IMG/VR virus record: IMGVR_UViG_3300026078_000017
Location: 248,001-312,000 of that record
Length of the DNA stretch: 64,000 nt
Direction: 5' to 3' (one strand)
The notes beneath the pieces are model-generated. The model was not told the DNA's origin. It was given only the letters and a program-made list of their open reading frames with translations, and did not search any database. This document shows positions 25,822 to 35,049 of the stretch, piece by piece. A program made the translations under genes and the position numbers. Position 1 is the stretch's first letter, and each line of letters opens with the position of its first letter.

Positions 25822-26190
25822 TCAACCACCAACGACAACACATGGAAGCTCGCGAACGCTTTCTCGATGCAGGTAAAACCGGCAATAACGTACCGGAAAC
25901 TTCTGCCTGTAGTTCTTGTGCGACGAGAACGTTTCCACTTCTACCATGAACTTCTCGTCTTGCCAGTTGATGTTCTTCGTGATAACACGATGCGTACCAT
26001 AACCATGACCGCAAAGAATATCACCCGCTTCAGCCATACGCCAGGGCGTATATTCGCGCTTCTCGGGACTACGAGTTTGGTCGAGATATCGACTAGGTCC
26101 CGGTCGGACATGCAGCGTTCCCGTCTGCATGTCCATATTCGCCGAGAAGATACTGTGTCCCATTTGAATCTTGAACGTTTGAGGAGTCAT
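25822..26190 (-). CDS. hypothetical protein
   Basis: GC-rich codons; TGCTAAAAC box upstream. Confidence 0.7.
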   Translation of the reverse strand: MTPQTFKIQMGHSIFSANMDMQTGTLHVRPGPSRYLDQTRSPEKREYTPWRMAEAGDILCGHGYGTHRVITKNINWQDEKFMVEVETFSSHKNYRQKFPVRYCRFYLHRESVRELPCVVVGG

Positions 26191-26220
26191 TTGTCACCAC
26201 CTGTGTTTTGGTTTTAGCAT

Positions 26221-26916
26221 TTATCTCGTGGTCGTCAATGGATATCTTTCAAGTCGGTGGCGAATGTCCTCACGACCATAAGGACGTTCCCGTGGAATCA
26301 AGGGATTTACCGTACAGGTGTCATCCTCGATTTCAATCGGCACAAAGGAAATTCGGAAGAACGTCCGTTCGGTTCCCAAAGGAATGTTGTTTGGACGCCG
26401 ATGAATCACATAAGGGTCAATGCCATAAATGTGCTCAGCACGCAAGGTGCAAATGTTCGACTCATCTGCCACATCCTGGAAATACTGGTGGATGTTGTGA
26501 CGCAGTGGGTCAAAGTCCTCAGGAAGAGTGACTTCCTGGTCAAGCAGTTCTGTGGGATACCTGTTTGTCCAAATGTAGTTCTGTTCCGGATTGTGGGGAA
26601 CCCGCATGGAGAAGCCATCCACGTGCCACAGGTCATCCGTAACCGTGTTGATGACACCATGACGAACGGTGACATAAACAAAGGGATTGTAGATCTCCTG
26701 AGTAAGCTGAACCGTGTTGCAAGCCACGATTGCCGTACGAAGCCACTCCAGTTCTTTCGGAATCTGAAATCCCTCTGACCAAGGATTGCGGACCATCATT
26801 CGCAGGATCATCTGTGGGCCAGCAGGAAGCTCCAAGTCCAACGTTCGACCAATAAGCACAGCGGGCTGCCCAAAGGTTTTGCGAGGCGTCAGAAGGTCAT
26901 GTGCTCGTTCGTACAT
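26221..26916 (-). CDS. putative 2OG-Fe(II) oxygenase-like protein
   Basis: WHVD (HxD), distal H (VIHRRP), RTFFRIS. Confidence 0.6.
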   Translation of the reverse strand: MYERAHDLLTPRKTFGQPAVLIGRTLDLELPAGPQMILRMMVRNPWSEGFQIPKELEWLRTAIVACNTVQLTQEIYNPFVYVTVRHGVINTVTDDLWHVDGFSMRVPHNPEQNYIWTNRYPTELLDQEVTLPEDFDPLRHNIHQYFQDVADESNICTLRAEHIYGIDPYVIHRRPNNIPLGTERTFFRISFVPIEIEDDTCTVNPLIPRERPYGREDIRHRLERYPLTTTR

Positions 26917-26952
26917 AAGAAGACTATACCAGATTTTTCTGAGAGGTCAAGG

Positions 26953-27195
26953 TCATTCTGGAAGTACTGGTTTCCATGCCTGTCGCTGTTTGTAAAAGTC
27001 GTATAGAATTACTTTTTCATTGGTAGTGGGTGACCAACACTCATAAACGAAGGCTGCGTCAAAAGGGTCATCCTTACGAAAATGGGAACAGTATTTCAGG
27101 ACCAATAAAGACTTAAAGGTTTTCGTGTAAAGATTTACGCCTTTTGCGGTTCTGACCAAAAGCGTTCCTGGAACTTGTGGTTGTGGCAATTTCAT
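26953..27195 (-). CDS. small SH3/KOW-like protein (GD family)
   Basis: VPGTLLV...LLVL. Confidence 0.65.
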   Translation of the reverse strand: MKLPQPQVPGTLLVRTAKGVNLYTKTFKSLLVLKYCSHFRKDDPFDAAFVYECWSPTTNEKVILYDFYKQRQAWKPVLPE

Positions 27196-27455
27196 GTAGA
27201 ACTCAAGAGGAAATATTCCTCTTCATAAATCTGAAGCCAGTCCATTGTGCCAACATGTGACTCACATGTTTGTGAGTTTACTATGAAAAACAACACAGGG
27301 TAACGAATAGGTTTATCTGCTCTTGCTTCCACAGTTTTGCCTTTTTCAAGCACCAAAAACAAATAGTGCTTTCCTGGCATAAGAGGGGATTGGAATTTAA
27401 TCAAGTCTCCAACTTGCCAGTTTTTGTAACAGGCGACTTCTTCACCACTCCTCAT
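27192..27455 (-). CDS. small SH3/KOW-like protein (GD family)
   Basis: WQVGDLIKF...FLVLE. Confidence 0.7.
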   Translation of the reverse strand: MRSGEEVACYKNWQVGDLIKFQSPLMPGKHYLFLVLEKGKTVEARADKPIRYPVLFFIVNSQTCESHVGTMDWLQIYEEEYFLLSST

Positions 27456-27621
27456 TCCGCCATTCCTTCTTGTGTTCCTTGCGGTCACGCTTGTCAGCAT
27501 GAACACCGCCACCCGAACGGTGAATGGCACTCAGGGCAATGTCAGAACGCACACCCTGGAAAATCTCCACGGTGGTCGGAAGGCTGTTGTTCTTCTTGCG
27601 CTTGTTCTTCTTGCTTGCCAT
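27442..27621 (-). CDS. small basic protein
   Basis: Hand-translated MASKKNKRKK...GGGVHADKRDRK; own promoter. Confidence 0.65.
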   Translation of the reverse strand: MASKKNKRKKNNSLPTTVEIFQGVRSDIALSAIHRSGGGVHADKRDRKEHKKEWRNEEW

Positions 27622-27658
27622 GATGACCAGAGTCTATCAGAGATTATTCTGGAGTCAA

Positions 27659-28033
27659 CTAAATATCGTTGTCTGGTAGGTTTTTGGTCATTGCTCCATA
27701 ACACCAGGAGGAAGTAATCCTGTACTTCTCGTTACTTCCAACACTTAGAACAAGAGCACCAAACTCACAATTGTCCTTAAAATACTCAAGGACAAGGTAA
27801 GTCTGTCCAGTAAGGGCAGTCTCAGAGTTAACCCATCCCTCACAAGCAATAAATGCAGCGTCAGTAAGTGGATGAGCCTTTTCCAGGTCTTTGGGATCAG
27901 GAGCAACAAGACGCCAGTGTTCCTTAGTTGATACCATCAGCGTGCCAACAGGAAAGCTCTTAGCAAATGCCTGTGCAGTCAAGCTTCCATAGAGGTCGGT
28001 TATGCCTAGAAAAATGTCACTCATGATGCTCAT
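27659..28033 (-). CDS. small SH3-like protein (PVGTL subfamily)
   Basis: FPVGTLM...YLVLEYF. Confidence 0.7.
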   Translation of the reverse strand: MSIMSDIFLGITDLYGSLTAQAFAKSFPVGTLMVSTKEHWRLVAPDPKDLEKAHPLTDAAFIACEGWVNSETALTGQTYLVLEYFKDNCEFGALVLSVGSNEKYRITSSWCYGAMTKNLPDNDI

Positions 28034-28322
28034 ATGGTTTTCTAAAGTGTAGCATAAGTTGCGACCAATACAACCACACAACCTTATTTTCCGTCAGGTT
28101 CCAAACCTTAAGACCCTGATAATTTACCAGCTTAGGTCCTTGTTGAACCGAAAAATAACCAAGAACCATGAGTTGATCACCTGAATTTCCAGAATACCCT
28201 TTCTCATGACCATCAGTGGCAGTGTTTTGGGGTTTATTCAACCCTACAACATATCCGAATTCGGCTTGCAAAAGCGTGCCGACCGGGTATCCTTCTCTCA
28301 AAATCAACATGCGATCTTTCAT
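28017..28322 (-). CDS. small SH3-like protein (PVGTL subfamily)
   Basis: YPVGTLL...MVLGYF...VWNL. Confidence 0.7.
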   Translation of the reverse strand: MKDRMLILREGYPVGTLLQAEFGYVVGLNKPQNTATDGHEKGYSGNSGDQLMVLGYFSVQQGPKLVNYQGLKVWNLTENKVVWLYWSQLMLHFRKPYEHHE

Positions 28323-28597
28323 AAAGTACTTGACACAACCTCAATTTTACTTACACCACTGTTCGTGTAGGCATTTTGACTATTGCCAGGCCAAAATTTG
28401 ATTAACTTAAAGTTGTCCTTCGCCAAGAGTCTAAACTCCAAAAATTGATTTTCAGGCCAAAGAAAAAATCCCTTGTTTGTCACTATAGCCCGATGTACAC
28501 CACCTAAATCTGTGTTTGAGATATAAAGAAATCGAGGCGAAATCGTAACTTCAATCAAGTCACCAATTTGGATGTTTTCGATGTTGATACCGCTCAT
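28319..28597 (-). CDS. small SH3/KOW-like protein (GD family)
   Basis: IQIGDLIE. Confidence 0.7.
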   Translation of the reverse strand: MSGINIENIQIGDLIEVTISPRFLYISNTDLGGVHRAIVTNKGFFLWPENQFLEFRLLAKDNFKLIKFWPGNSQNAYTNSGVSKIEVVSSTL

Positions 28598-28878
28598 AAA
28601 ATGATTGGTAGCCTTACCCAATCCCCACCTGGATAAGCCTCACCACCCTCACAAAGATAAAGTTGATTGTTCTTGGGATTTATTTCCACAGTATCTTGTA
28701 TCTTTTCCAAGTTCCTAAGATTTAGGTAAGTGATCGTAACCTGTCCAAAGTGCTCTTCGATGTCAATTACCAACAAAGCAGTTTTTTGTTGACGACCGCC
28801 TTTGATTATGGAAAATCCCTCCTTGGGATAAATCAAGTCACCAATTGCTAAATTCTCGGGCATCATAAAGTTTACCAC
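28594..28878 (-). CDS. small SH3/KOW-like protein (GD family)
   Basis: LAIGDLIY...LLVID...YLNL. Confidence 0.7.
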   Translation of the reverse strand: MVNFMMPENLAIGDLIYPKEGFSIIKGGRQQKTALLVIDIEEHFGQVTITYLNLRNLEKIQDTVEINPKNNQLYLCEGGEAYPGGDWVRLPIIL

Positions 28879-29016
28879 GCAAAAAAAGAGCTGTCAAACA
28901 CGTTGACGCTCTTAGTAAAATGTGGCACACTATAGTTAAATGTATGTTGTGGTATGGTTGGGTAGCTTTAGGATATTTGACCTTGGTCTTTGTCAGCTAC
29001 TCTTGGTTGATTCTCA

Positions 29017-29262
29017 CTAAGGCTGGTCAGAGTCTTCTCCATCAGTCGAAATAACCATCCAACCCTGTAAAATAACATCAAGTCTCTGAGAGTTTTCAAA
29101 CTTCTCATTGGTGTTTAGATCAAGCCAAGTCATGGACTTATACAGTCCACTTGACTCGTCAAGTTCACAATTGGAGATTTTCAACAACATATAACAGCCA
29201 CTAGTAGCGTTTTTAAGAACGTCTCCAACATGAAGATCTGAAAATGTTGTTGCTTGTTTCAT
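29017..29262 (-). CDS. small SH3/KOW-like protein (GD family)
   Basis: FSDLHVGDVL...WLDL. Confidence 0.75.
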   Translation of the reverse strand: MKQATTFSDLHVGDVLKNATSGCYMLLKISNCELDESSGLYKSMTWLDLNTNEKFENSQRLDVILQGWMVISTDGEDSDQP

Positions 29263-29489
29263 TCTGGTGACTCAACGGTAAAGTTGTCCCAAAGCTCTTC
29301 ATCACCAATCCAAGATGCTTTCATGGTTGTTATGTGTTTTAGAGACAGAACCCTAAAGAGATAATAGTGCTGATACTCAGGTGTGGTAAAAGGTTCTTTA
29401 CTTAAGATCAACCAAAAGCTTTTATCATGCTTGTTTGTAATCAAGTCACCAGCTTCAAGATCGCCAAATTTCTCTTTACGTTTGGTCAC
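29259..29489 (-). CDS. small SH3/KOW-like protein (GD family)
   Basis: FGDLEAGDLI...WLIL. Confidence 0.75.
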   Translation of the reverse strand: MTKRKEKFGDLEAGDLITNKHDKSFWLILSKEPFTTPEYQHYYLFRVLSLKHITTMKASWIGDEELWDNFTVESPE

Positions 29490-29751
29490 TAGATTTGACC
29501 TTGTGCAACCTGCAATGAGTTAAGACCTCTGAGCGTCCATCACCGAACAAACCAGAAATGTGGTTGTTTTCCATTTCAAGAATTTTTACATACCAGGTAT
29601 TTTGCAGTCGCTCTTTTACTTCCAAGACCATCCAGAAAATAGAGAAGTTTAAGCCAGTTTCCTGACTTATCCTAAGCAGTTCCAGAATATCCCCAGGTTC
29701 CAGATCCTGGAAATAAACGGGTGGTGGAAGGCGGCTATCGACAGAAGACAT
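29476..29751 (-). CDS. small SH3/KOW-like protein (GD family)
   Basis: FQDLEPGDIL...WMVLE. Confidence 0.75.
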   Translation of the reverse strand: MSSVDSRLPPPVYFQDLEPGDILELLRISQETGLNFSIFWMVLEVKERLQNTWYVKILEMENNHISGLFGDGRSEVLTHCRLHKVKSSDQT

Positions 29752-29759
29752 AGTGATAT

Positions 29760-29987
29760 TCACTCGGGCAAAAGAAAACTCCACATGCTCTGATATCCCT
29801 CAGACTCAAATGCAGAGCTGTGTGTATCACACAGACTATTTAGATGCCAAGTCTTGTAGTGATGAAAATAGGGTCGTGAACTTTCATACTTCAAGATCAA
29901 TTCATATGGTTTATCACCATAGAAAAGTAAAGTCCCTGGTGGCAATGGCGACTTAGGAAAAACGTGAGATGGCTTTTTCACGGCCAT
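29760..29987 (-). CDS. small SH3/KOW-like protein (GD family)
   Basis: LPPGTLL...ELILKY. Confidence 0.65.
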   Translation of the reverse strand: MAVKKPSHVFPKSPLPPGTLLFYGDKPYELILKYESSRPYFHHYKTWHLNSLCDTHSSAFESEGYQSMWSFLLPE

Positions 29988-30382
29988 TCGGGGAGGGTAG
30001 GGTCCTCCTGGAAGGAAGCACGCATCTGTGCAACCTTGTCGTCAGGAACACCATGCGTGTTCTGAAATTGAGTCTTGAGACACTTCTGGAAAACCGTGTA
30101 ACCTGCCTTCTTGGCAAGGTCAACGTATTCCTTGTAGTGTTTGCGGATCAGGTTCGTGTTGTCCACGACGATCAGGTCATCACCACGAGCAAGAGCCTGC
30201 TCGAAAGCATAACGACACGACCCATGTGCCTTGCCCAAGAGAGCAGAATCGAACTGGTAGGTTCCTGAGCGTTCGAAATACAGGTCAGCGGAACACACGG
30301 TAGCCTGAGGAACGTGCGTCTTGATCCAGGTGGATTTACCCGAGCCACTCGCCGCACGCATGAGAATAACTTGCTTAGTCAT
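29978..30382 (-). CDS. P-loop kinase (AAA_33 / polynucleotide kinase-like)
   Basis: Walker A AASGSGKST, CSADLYF, VVDNTN, HGVP. Confidence 0.85.
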   Translation of the reverse strand: MTKQVILMRAASGSGKSTWIKTHVPQATVCSADLYFERSGTYQFDSALLGKAHGSCRYAFEQALARGDDLIVVDNTNLIRKHYKEYVDLAKKAGYTVFQKCLKTQFQNTHGVPDDKVAQMRASFQEDPTLPEWP

Positions 30383-30599
30383 CTGGTTATTGTACCTTGC
30401 TTTCTATGATTGTCAAGGTATAGTTACTCCTATGGCAACGATCGGTTCACAACCGAAATCTCAGAGCTTTTATTAGCGACCAAGAGATTGCTCTCAAGCT
30501 TGTCAGTGCTGGTGAAGCAACGCCTGAGCAGGTTTTCTTGGCTTTGAAGGCTGCCAAGGTACTTGACGGCGAAAGTCCTTAGTGATATAGTCACTCGTT

Positions 30600-30872
30600 A
30601 TGATTCTGGATCTTGTTCCTGGGGACTTTTTGTCAAACAATGATAAACCAAACTATACCAAGTTTTTGGTATTGGCGCCAATTCAATTGTTTTTTGTCCA
30701 TACAACAGGGTTTTGGTCATCCTCAGGAAAGACAATTGACTTAATGGAGTTTCGTCACGAATATGGTAAAGTTTTGATAGGGAGATGTACCAGGCACTTG
30801 GCTTTGTATCCAGGAATGAAGATCTACCGTGATGGCGAAGTGCTGGACCCATTTAACTCTTCTGGTTCATGA
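30600..30872 (+). CDS. small SH3/KOW-like protein (RDG subfamily)
   Basis: LVPGDFL...FLVL...IYRDGEVL. Confidence 0.7.
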   Translation: MILDLVPGDFLSNNDKPNYTKFLVLAPIQLFFVHTTGFWSSSGKTIDLMEFRHEYGKVLIGRCTRHLALYPGMKIYRDGEVLDPFNSSGS

Positions 30873-30897
30873 AGCAACTTACAATGCCTCGTGGCAG

Positions 30898-31206
30898 TCA
30901 TTCGGGCTCTGACACAATCTCGCATGTCTGCCAGAATGCTCGATTCAAAAGCCACACGTTGATGCCAAGGCGGCAGGAATAGAGTTTCCAGGTTGCCCCT
31001 CGTGTTGGATGAGCCGTTAGCAGGACGAACATGTCATCCGGTCGCGTTTGAATATTGAACTGATAACCCTGCTTCAAGGGTGCAATGGTGACCGGATCAT
31101 GATCTGCACAAGAGTACAGATTCAAAAGTCGGGTGCCAAGTCGGGAAGGAGTTGCCTTAGTTCCCCACTTAACCAAAGTTCCAGGCTTGAGAGTTTTCGG
31201 GTCCAC
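30898..31206 (-). CDS. small SH3/KOW-like protein (GD family)
   Basis: LKPGTLVKW...RLGINVWL; AGGAGG RBS. Confidence 0.7.
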   Translation of the reverse strand: MDPKTLKPGTLVKWGTKATPSRLGTRLLNLYSCADHDPVTIAPLKQGYQFNIQTRPDDMFVLLTAHPTRGATWKLYSCRLGINVWLLNRAFWQTCEIVSEPE

Positions 31207-31450
31207 ACGTACCTCCTACCACCTTCTACGTCAGGAGTCAATCATTTTCTGCAAAGGCAAAAAACACCACAAGCTGAATCAAAGCCCAATGGCACAAAAA
31301 ACTAACAAGAGTGAGAGGGTAGGGTACCAGGAACCCAATAAAGACCGTAATTAATACCGTTAGTTGCAGAAACGTTTCCAGGGGGAGTCCAATAACTTTC
31401 ATGAGATAAGTCTAGCACATTCTTTGATGGAGTGCTAGACTTATCTTGTA

Positions 31451-31777
31451 ATGCAACGAGAAGACTATGTTGGACTGTTAAGGATGGGATGTCACACAAC
31501 CCAAACATCCCGTCAGTGGTTTTTGCCTGACGTTGGCGATTTGTTTTTTACATTTTCTAGAAGTGGCGCAGAAGCACGTCGTGTTCTTGTAACAAAAAAG
31601 CCCGTGTTGGTTGATCAACACGAGTCAACCGCTTTCTCTTTGTGGAAACTGGAGGGTCTTGGACTTTTTTCTCTTGACTCTCCAGAGAAGGTCGGGATTG
31701 TGTCAGAGTGGATGTTCAACCTAGGTTCGTTCGATAGTTCTGGACATTACCACTATTATATCACTCGTCACCCGTGA
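31451..31777 (+). CDS. small SH3/KOW-like protein (GD family)
   Basis: LPDVGDLF...VLVTKKP; start uncertain. Confidence 0.65.
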   Translation: MQREDYVGLLRMGCHTTQTSRQWFLPDVGDLFFTFSRSGAEARRVLVTKKPVLVDQHESTAFSLWKLEGLGLFSLDSPEKVGIVSEWMFNLGSFDSSGHYHYYITRHP

Positions 31778-32072
31778 CAGCTTCCACCAGTAATTCGTCA
31801 TCAACACACATCCACACAATTTGGTTGGTCTTAACCACAAGGACCTTTACCCACGTCCACAAAGTGGCAGAGCCATTCAATGGCTCGTGATCAAGAACCA
31901 AAATATGATTTCCGGCCTTTAAGCCTCTAGTCATGGCACCATCTATGTTGCCAAATTTGTACATTGATTTCTTAAGCTCTGTGTCTTCAACAACCCACAG
32001 GTGTCCAACAGATAGAAACATGTTTCCAACAGGAAACAGCTTCTGTGCCTTTTCTTTATTTTCGATCAGCAT
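31761..32072 (-). CDS. small SH3-like protein (PVG subfamily)
   Basis: FPVGNMF...ILVLD...VKVL. Confidence 0.7.
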   Translation of the reverse strand: MLIENKEKAQKLFPVGNMFLSVGHLWVVEDTELKKSMYKFGNIDGAMTRGLKAGNHILVLDHEPLNGSATLWTWVKVLVVKTNQIVWMCVDDELLVEAVTGDE

Positions 32073-32479
32073 TATTCCACATCCAATGTAGCAACCAACT
32101 GCCACCGTCCATGGCTATTCCAGTAACCATCGAAAATGTTGTTGTGATTGACACTTTCGTCAAACTTTCTGTGAGTGACCATGTCAATGAAGTCAAAGGA
32201 CGTATACATGCCATCACCAACATGAGCCTTGATGAACATGCAGTTGTTGCCAGAGGGTTGGCCTAGATGATTCAACTTGACATACAAGTTGCCGTAAAGG
32301 GAATCAAAATAGGCTTGACGAACCTGCTTAGTGAACTGTGGCTTAAGGGAAACGATATTGTTGGCAATCTGCGCCTGATAAGCGAGATTTTGTTCATACC
32401 ACTCAAGAGGAACAAGAGAGTTGCCGGGTTTGTTTCTACGACGATTCTTACGTCGCCAAGCTTTGTATGCCTTGCTCAT
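32072..32479 (-). CDS. hypothetical protein
   Basis: Coupled in operon; basic N-terminus. Confidence 0.65.
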   Translation of the reverse strand: MSKAYKAWRRKNRRRNKPGNSLVPLEWYEQNLAYQAQIANNIVSLKPQFTKQVRQAYFDSLYGNLYVKLNHLGQPSGNNCMFIKAHVGDGMYTSFDFIDMVTHRKFDESVNHNNIFDGYWNSHGRWQLVATLDVE

Positions 32480-32862
32480 TGGTCTTCTTGGATCTTAGCA
32501 TTTGTTTCTGGAATTGCAACATTCTTTTCCAGAGGCCAAATCAGTCGTTCCATGTCAGACTGACACAACCAAACTGTGATTCCAAGTCTCAATGAGATAA
32601 AAGCAAAAAGTCTTGTCTTAAGGCGACTTCTGAGAGGCTTTTTGAAATCTGTCTCATGTGGACTAATCACTCGGAACGAGTGAACGTTTCCAAGGAAGAT
32701 CAAAGTATCACTTGTTTCAAGTCTGATTTCGGACTTACGAGTACCAAAATGGGATGTAGCAACCTTTTTGGAAAAATCAACACTTGTGGCAGCAAAGATC
32801 CAACCCAAATTGGTGGATTTGAGGGCATATAGCTCGCCGATGATAAGGTGTTTAGGTAGCAC
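32476..32862 (-). CDS. small SH3-like protein (GD family, divergent)
   Basis: LIIGELY...LIFLG...RLGITVWL. Confidence 0.65.
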   Translation of the reverse strand: MLPKHLIIGELYALKSTNLGWIFAATSVDFSKKVATSHFGTRKSEIRLETSDTLIFLGNVHSFRVISPHETDFKKPLRSRLKTRLFAFISLRLGITVWLCQSDMERLIWPLEKNVAIPETNAKIQEDQ

Positions 32863-33109
32863 TTTGCACCCATTCCAAGCATCCCATCACGATAAACTCC
32901 TTGTCAACAAAAACAATTCGTTGGGTCAAGGGCAGGAAGAATTTCACATACCTGCGGGTTTTCTTTTCAGGACGCATGTCGACATGAACCATAAAGGTGT
33001 TAGTTGCCCAATATCCTTGTTCGGTCCCATGATAGGTAAACTGAACCCAACAACTACGATCCTTCTTGATTCTGTAGAGTCTCCCCAGTTTCAAGCTTTC
33101 CAGTTTCAT
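32852..33109 (-). CDS. small SH3-like protein (GD family, divergent)
   Basis: LKLGRLYRI. Confidence 0.65.
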   Translation of the reverse strand: MKLESLKLGRLYRIKKDRSCWVQFTYHGTEQGYWATNTFMVHVDMRPEKKTRRYVKFFLPLTQRIVFVDKEFIVMGCLEWVQSAT

Positions 33110-33111
33110 TG

Positions 33112-33444
33112 TTATTCTTCAACCCGAGTCATCTGCGTGCCGAAGAGATAGGTTGGCACATAAACCTTCTTTTGTAGACGCAAACAAAACATCAAGCAAA
33201 ACTCACGCCCAAACTTGAACTTTCTGTTATCCACATACAACAGAAAGTCACCCTTCAAAATCGCTGAGTCATAACTGTTGATGTTGATGACACCTTCCAC
33301 ATATTTCATGTAGTATTCGTCTTTGAGACCAAATCTTGAGCTGTTGATTTCTCCAATCACATGGAACATTTCTCCATACTTCGGATATTCTTCCACGGGC
33401 ATGCTTTGAAGAGCCAATTTCCTTAGCTGGTACTTGGTTGCCAT
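33112..33444 (-). CDS. small SH3-like protein (GD family, divergent)
   Basis: PKYGEMF...KGDFLLYVD. Confidence 0.65.
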   Translation of the reverse strand: MATKYQLRKLALQSMPVEEYPKYGEMFHVIGEINSSRFGLKDEYYMKYVEGVININSYDSAILKGDFLLYVDNRKFKFGREFCLMFCLRLQKKVYVPTYLFGTQMTRVEE

Positions 33445-33472
33445 GTCGGTCTGGACATGATATCATACAAGA

Positions 33473-33811
33473 ATGACCAAGACAACCTCGTGGAATCTTT
33501 TTCTTGATGATCTTCGAATTCCACCTGAAATGCATCAACCTTCTCTTGAAAATCCGGCTTTTTGGACCCTTGCGCAGTCCTCACAAGAAGCTATGGATCT
33601 GGTTCGGGAAAAGGGCATGCCAGCATTTATGAGTCTTGATCATGACCTCGGAGGTGATGATAAGTCTATGGTCTTCCTAAATTGGCTGGCTTATGAGTAC
33701 TGGAATGGAGAAGACAACATTCCGCTTTATGTAGTTCACAGTGCAAATCCCGTAGGTGCCGAGAACATTGAGTCATTTATGTTGTCTTGGGTTAGGAGCA
33801 TGGAATTGTGA
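33473..33811 (+). CDS. cyclic-phosphate-processing receiver domain protein (cREC-like)
   Basis: LFLDDLR-x-P, SLDHDLG, VHSANPVG. Confidence 0.8.
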   Translation: MTKTTSWNLFLDDLRIPPEMHQPSLENPAFWTLAQSSQEAMDLVREKGMPAFMSLDHDLGGDDKSMVFLNWLAYEYWNGEDNIPLYVVHSANPVGAENIESFMLSWVRSMEL

Positions 33812-34053
33812 AGATTGGTGGACACAGAACCAGCAATAATTGGGACTGTATTGAAGTTGATGTTGGGGATGTTTTTTTGGCACAACGAGAGGATGGTCAA
33901 GAAATGTTCATGGTTCTGAGTATCAACGTTGGCTACATGCACCAGCCAGACATAATCGAATGCCTTAACTTAACTCAGAATGTCAAACGCAGATATACGT
34001 TTAATCATTGGTACAACCCTAAGATGGTCTGCAAACTTAATGGAGAAAAATGA
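33808..34053 (+). CDS. small SH3/KOW-like protein (GD family)
   Basis: VDVGDVF...FMVL...CLNL. Confidence 0.75.
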   Translation: MKIGGHRTSNNWDCIEVDVGDVFLAQREDGQEMFMVLSINVGYMHQPDIIECLNLTQNVKRRYTFNHWYNPKMVCKLNGEK

Positions 34054-34346
34054 GCTTATTTGGTGACCTTGTTCCGGTTCTGTCGGTTGGTGACATGATC
34101 ACGCATCGCAAGGATGATGCGAAGTACGGTCGCCTGTATTTGATTTTGGGACCTGGCAAACACGTCCGGAACACATTTGTTTCGAGATATCACCAGAGGT
34201 TTGAATATCCAGTTTATCGATACTTGGTATGGGATATTACCAAGGGCAGAATCCACGATGCAGAAGTTGCACCAAACTCAAACTGGTCCGTCTTTGCAAT
34301 GTTTAAGGAAAGTGCTACAGTGCTACATCATGTGGAAAACGATTAA
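34050..34346 (+). CDS. small SH3/KOW-like protein (GD family)
   Basis: LSVGDMI...YLILGPG...VWDI. Confidence 0.75.
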   Translation: MSLFGDLVPVLSVGDMITHRKDDAKYGRLYLILGPGKHVRNTFVSRYHQRFEYPVYRYLVWDITKGRIHDAEVAPNSNWSVFAMFKESATVLHHVEND

Positions 34347-34497
34347 CATCTATATCCGTGCCGGGTTCATTTCTCTTGGCCTTGGATTGGTCTTGGTACT
34401 TTTGCTGCCAGTGTTTGCCTTGTTGGTGATTGGGGATTATCTCTACCCAAGCAAGGACCCTCGCAAGGACTTTTATGACAACGAAGAAGAAGGTTAA
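34330..34497 (+). CDS. small membrane protein
   Basis: Single long hydrophobic segment. Confidence 0.55.
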   Translation: MWKTINIYIRAGFISLGLGLVLVLLLPVFALLVIGDYLYPSKDPRKDFYDNEEEG

Positions 34498-34750
34498 ACC
34501 TGGATACATTTCACCTAAAGAACTAATGGTGGGTGACATTGTGTCAACTTCTGATCCAGCAGAAGACAAGTCACAGTACAAACTTTCTGGCATGTTTCTT
34601 GTGTTGCAACGAAATGACTTAGGATTTGCGGATTTTCACCTGGGTGTGCAAATCAAGTACATGCAGTTTCAATCCAACATAAAAACTGAAATCATCTATT
34701 CTGATAGTGATGTCAAGCCTCTATATTTAGTGTGTCGGACAGATAAATGA
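34475..34750 (+). CDS. small SH3/KOW-like protein (GD family)
   Basis: LMVGDIV...MFLVL. Confidence 0.75.
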   Translation: MTTKKKVKPGYISPKELMVGDIVSTSDPAEDKSQYKLSGMFLVLQRNDLGFADFHLGVQIKYMQFQSNIKTEIIYSDSDVKPLYLVCRTDK

Positions 34751-35016
34751 TCTATTGCAGCGAAACTGAGAAGTTTGTCAGTCAATTTCCTCTTGTTGAA
34801 ACTTCAAAGGTTGAGGTTGGTGATATTGTCACTTATCACAATGACGCCTTCAAAGACAGCATGTTCCTGATCCTCAAAATCTTCAAGGGACAAAAGGACC
34901 GTTTCACTTTCCATGCGATGGAAGTTCGATGGGGAAAGTCAGGTAAGCTTAATGTTTTCCTGGAACTTGATCCAGAAGCTCGGGGATTTCGACTGGTACA
35001 AAAAGCTGGTAGTTGA
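34747..35016 (+). CDS. small SH3/KOW-like protein (GD family)
   Basis: VEVGDIV...MFLIL. Confidence 0.75.
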   Translation: MIYCSETEKFVSQFPLVETSKVEVGDIVTYHNDAFKDSMFLILKIFKGQKDRFTFHAMEVRWGKSGKLNVFLELDPEARGFRLVQKAGS

Positions 35017-35049
35017 CACCTCCAAGACACATGCTAAGACTAGTGAACA

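Noticed and set aside
30432-30582. Small plus-strand gene (also 50631-50787)
   Set aside because: The ATG frame stops early and the more protein-like frame lacks a start; possibly frameshifted remnants, not supportable.
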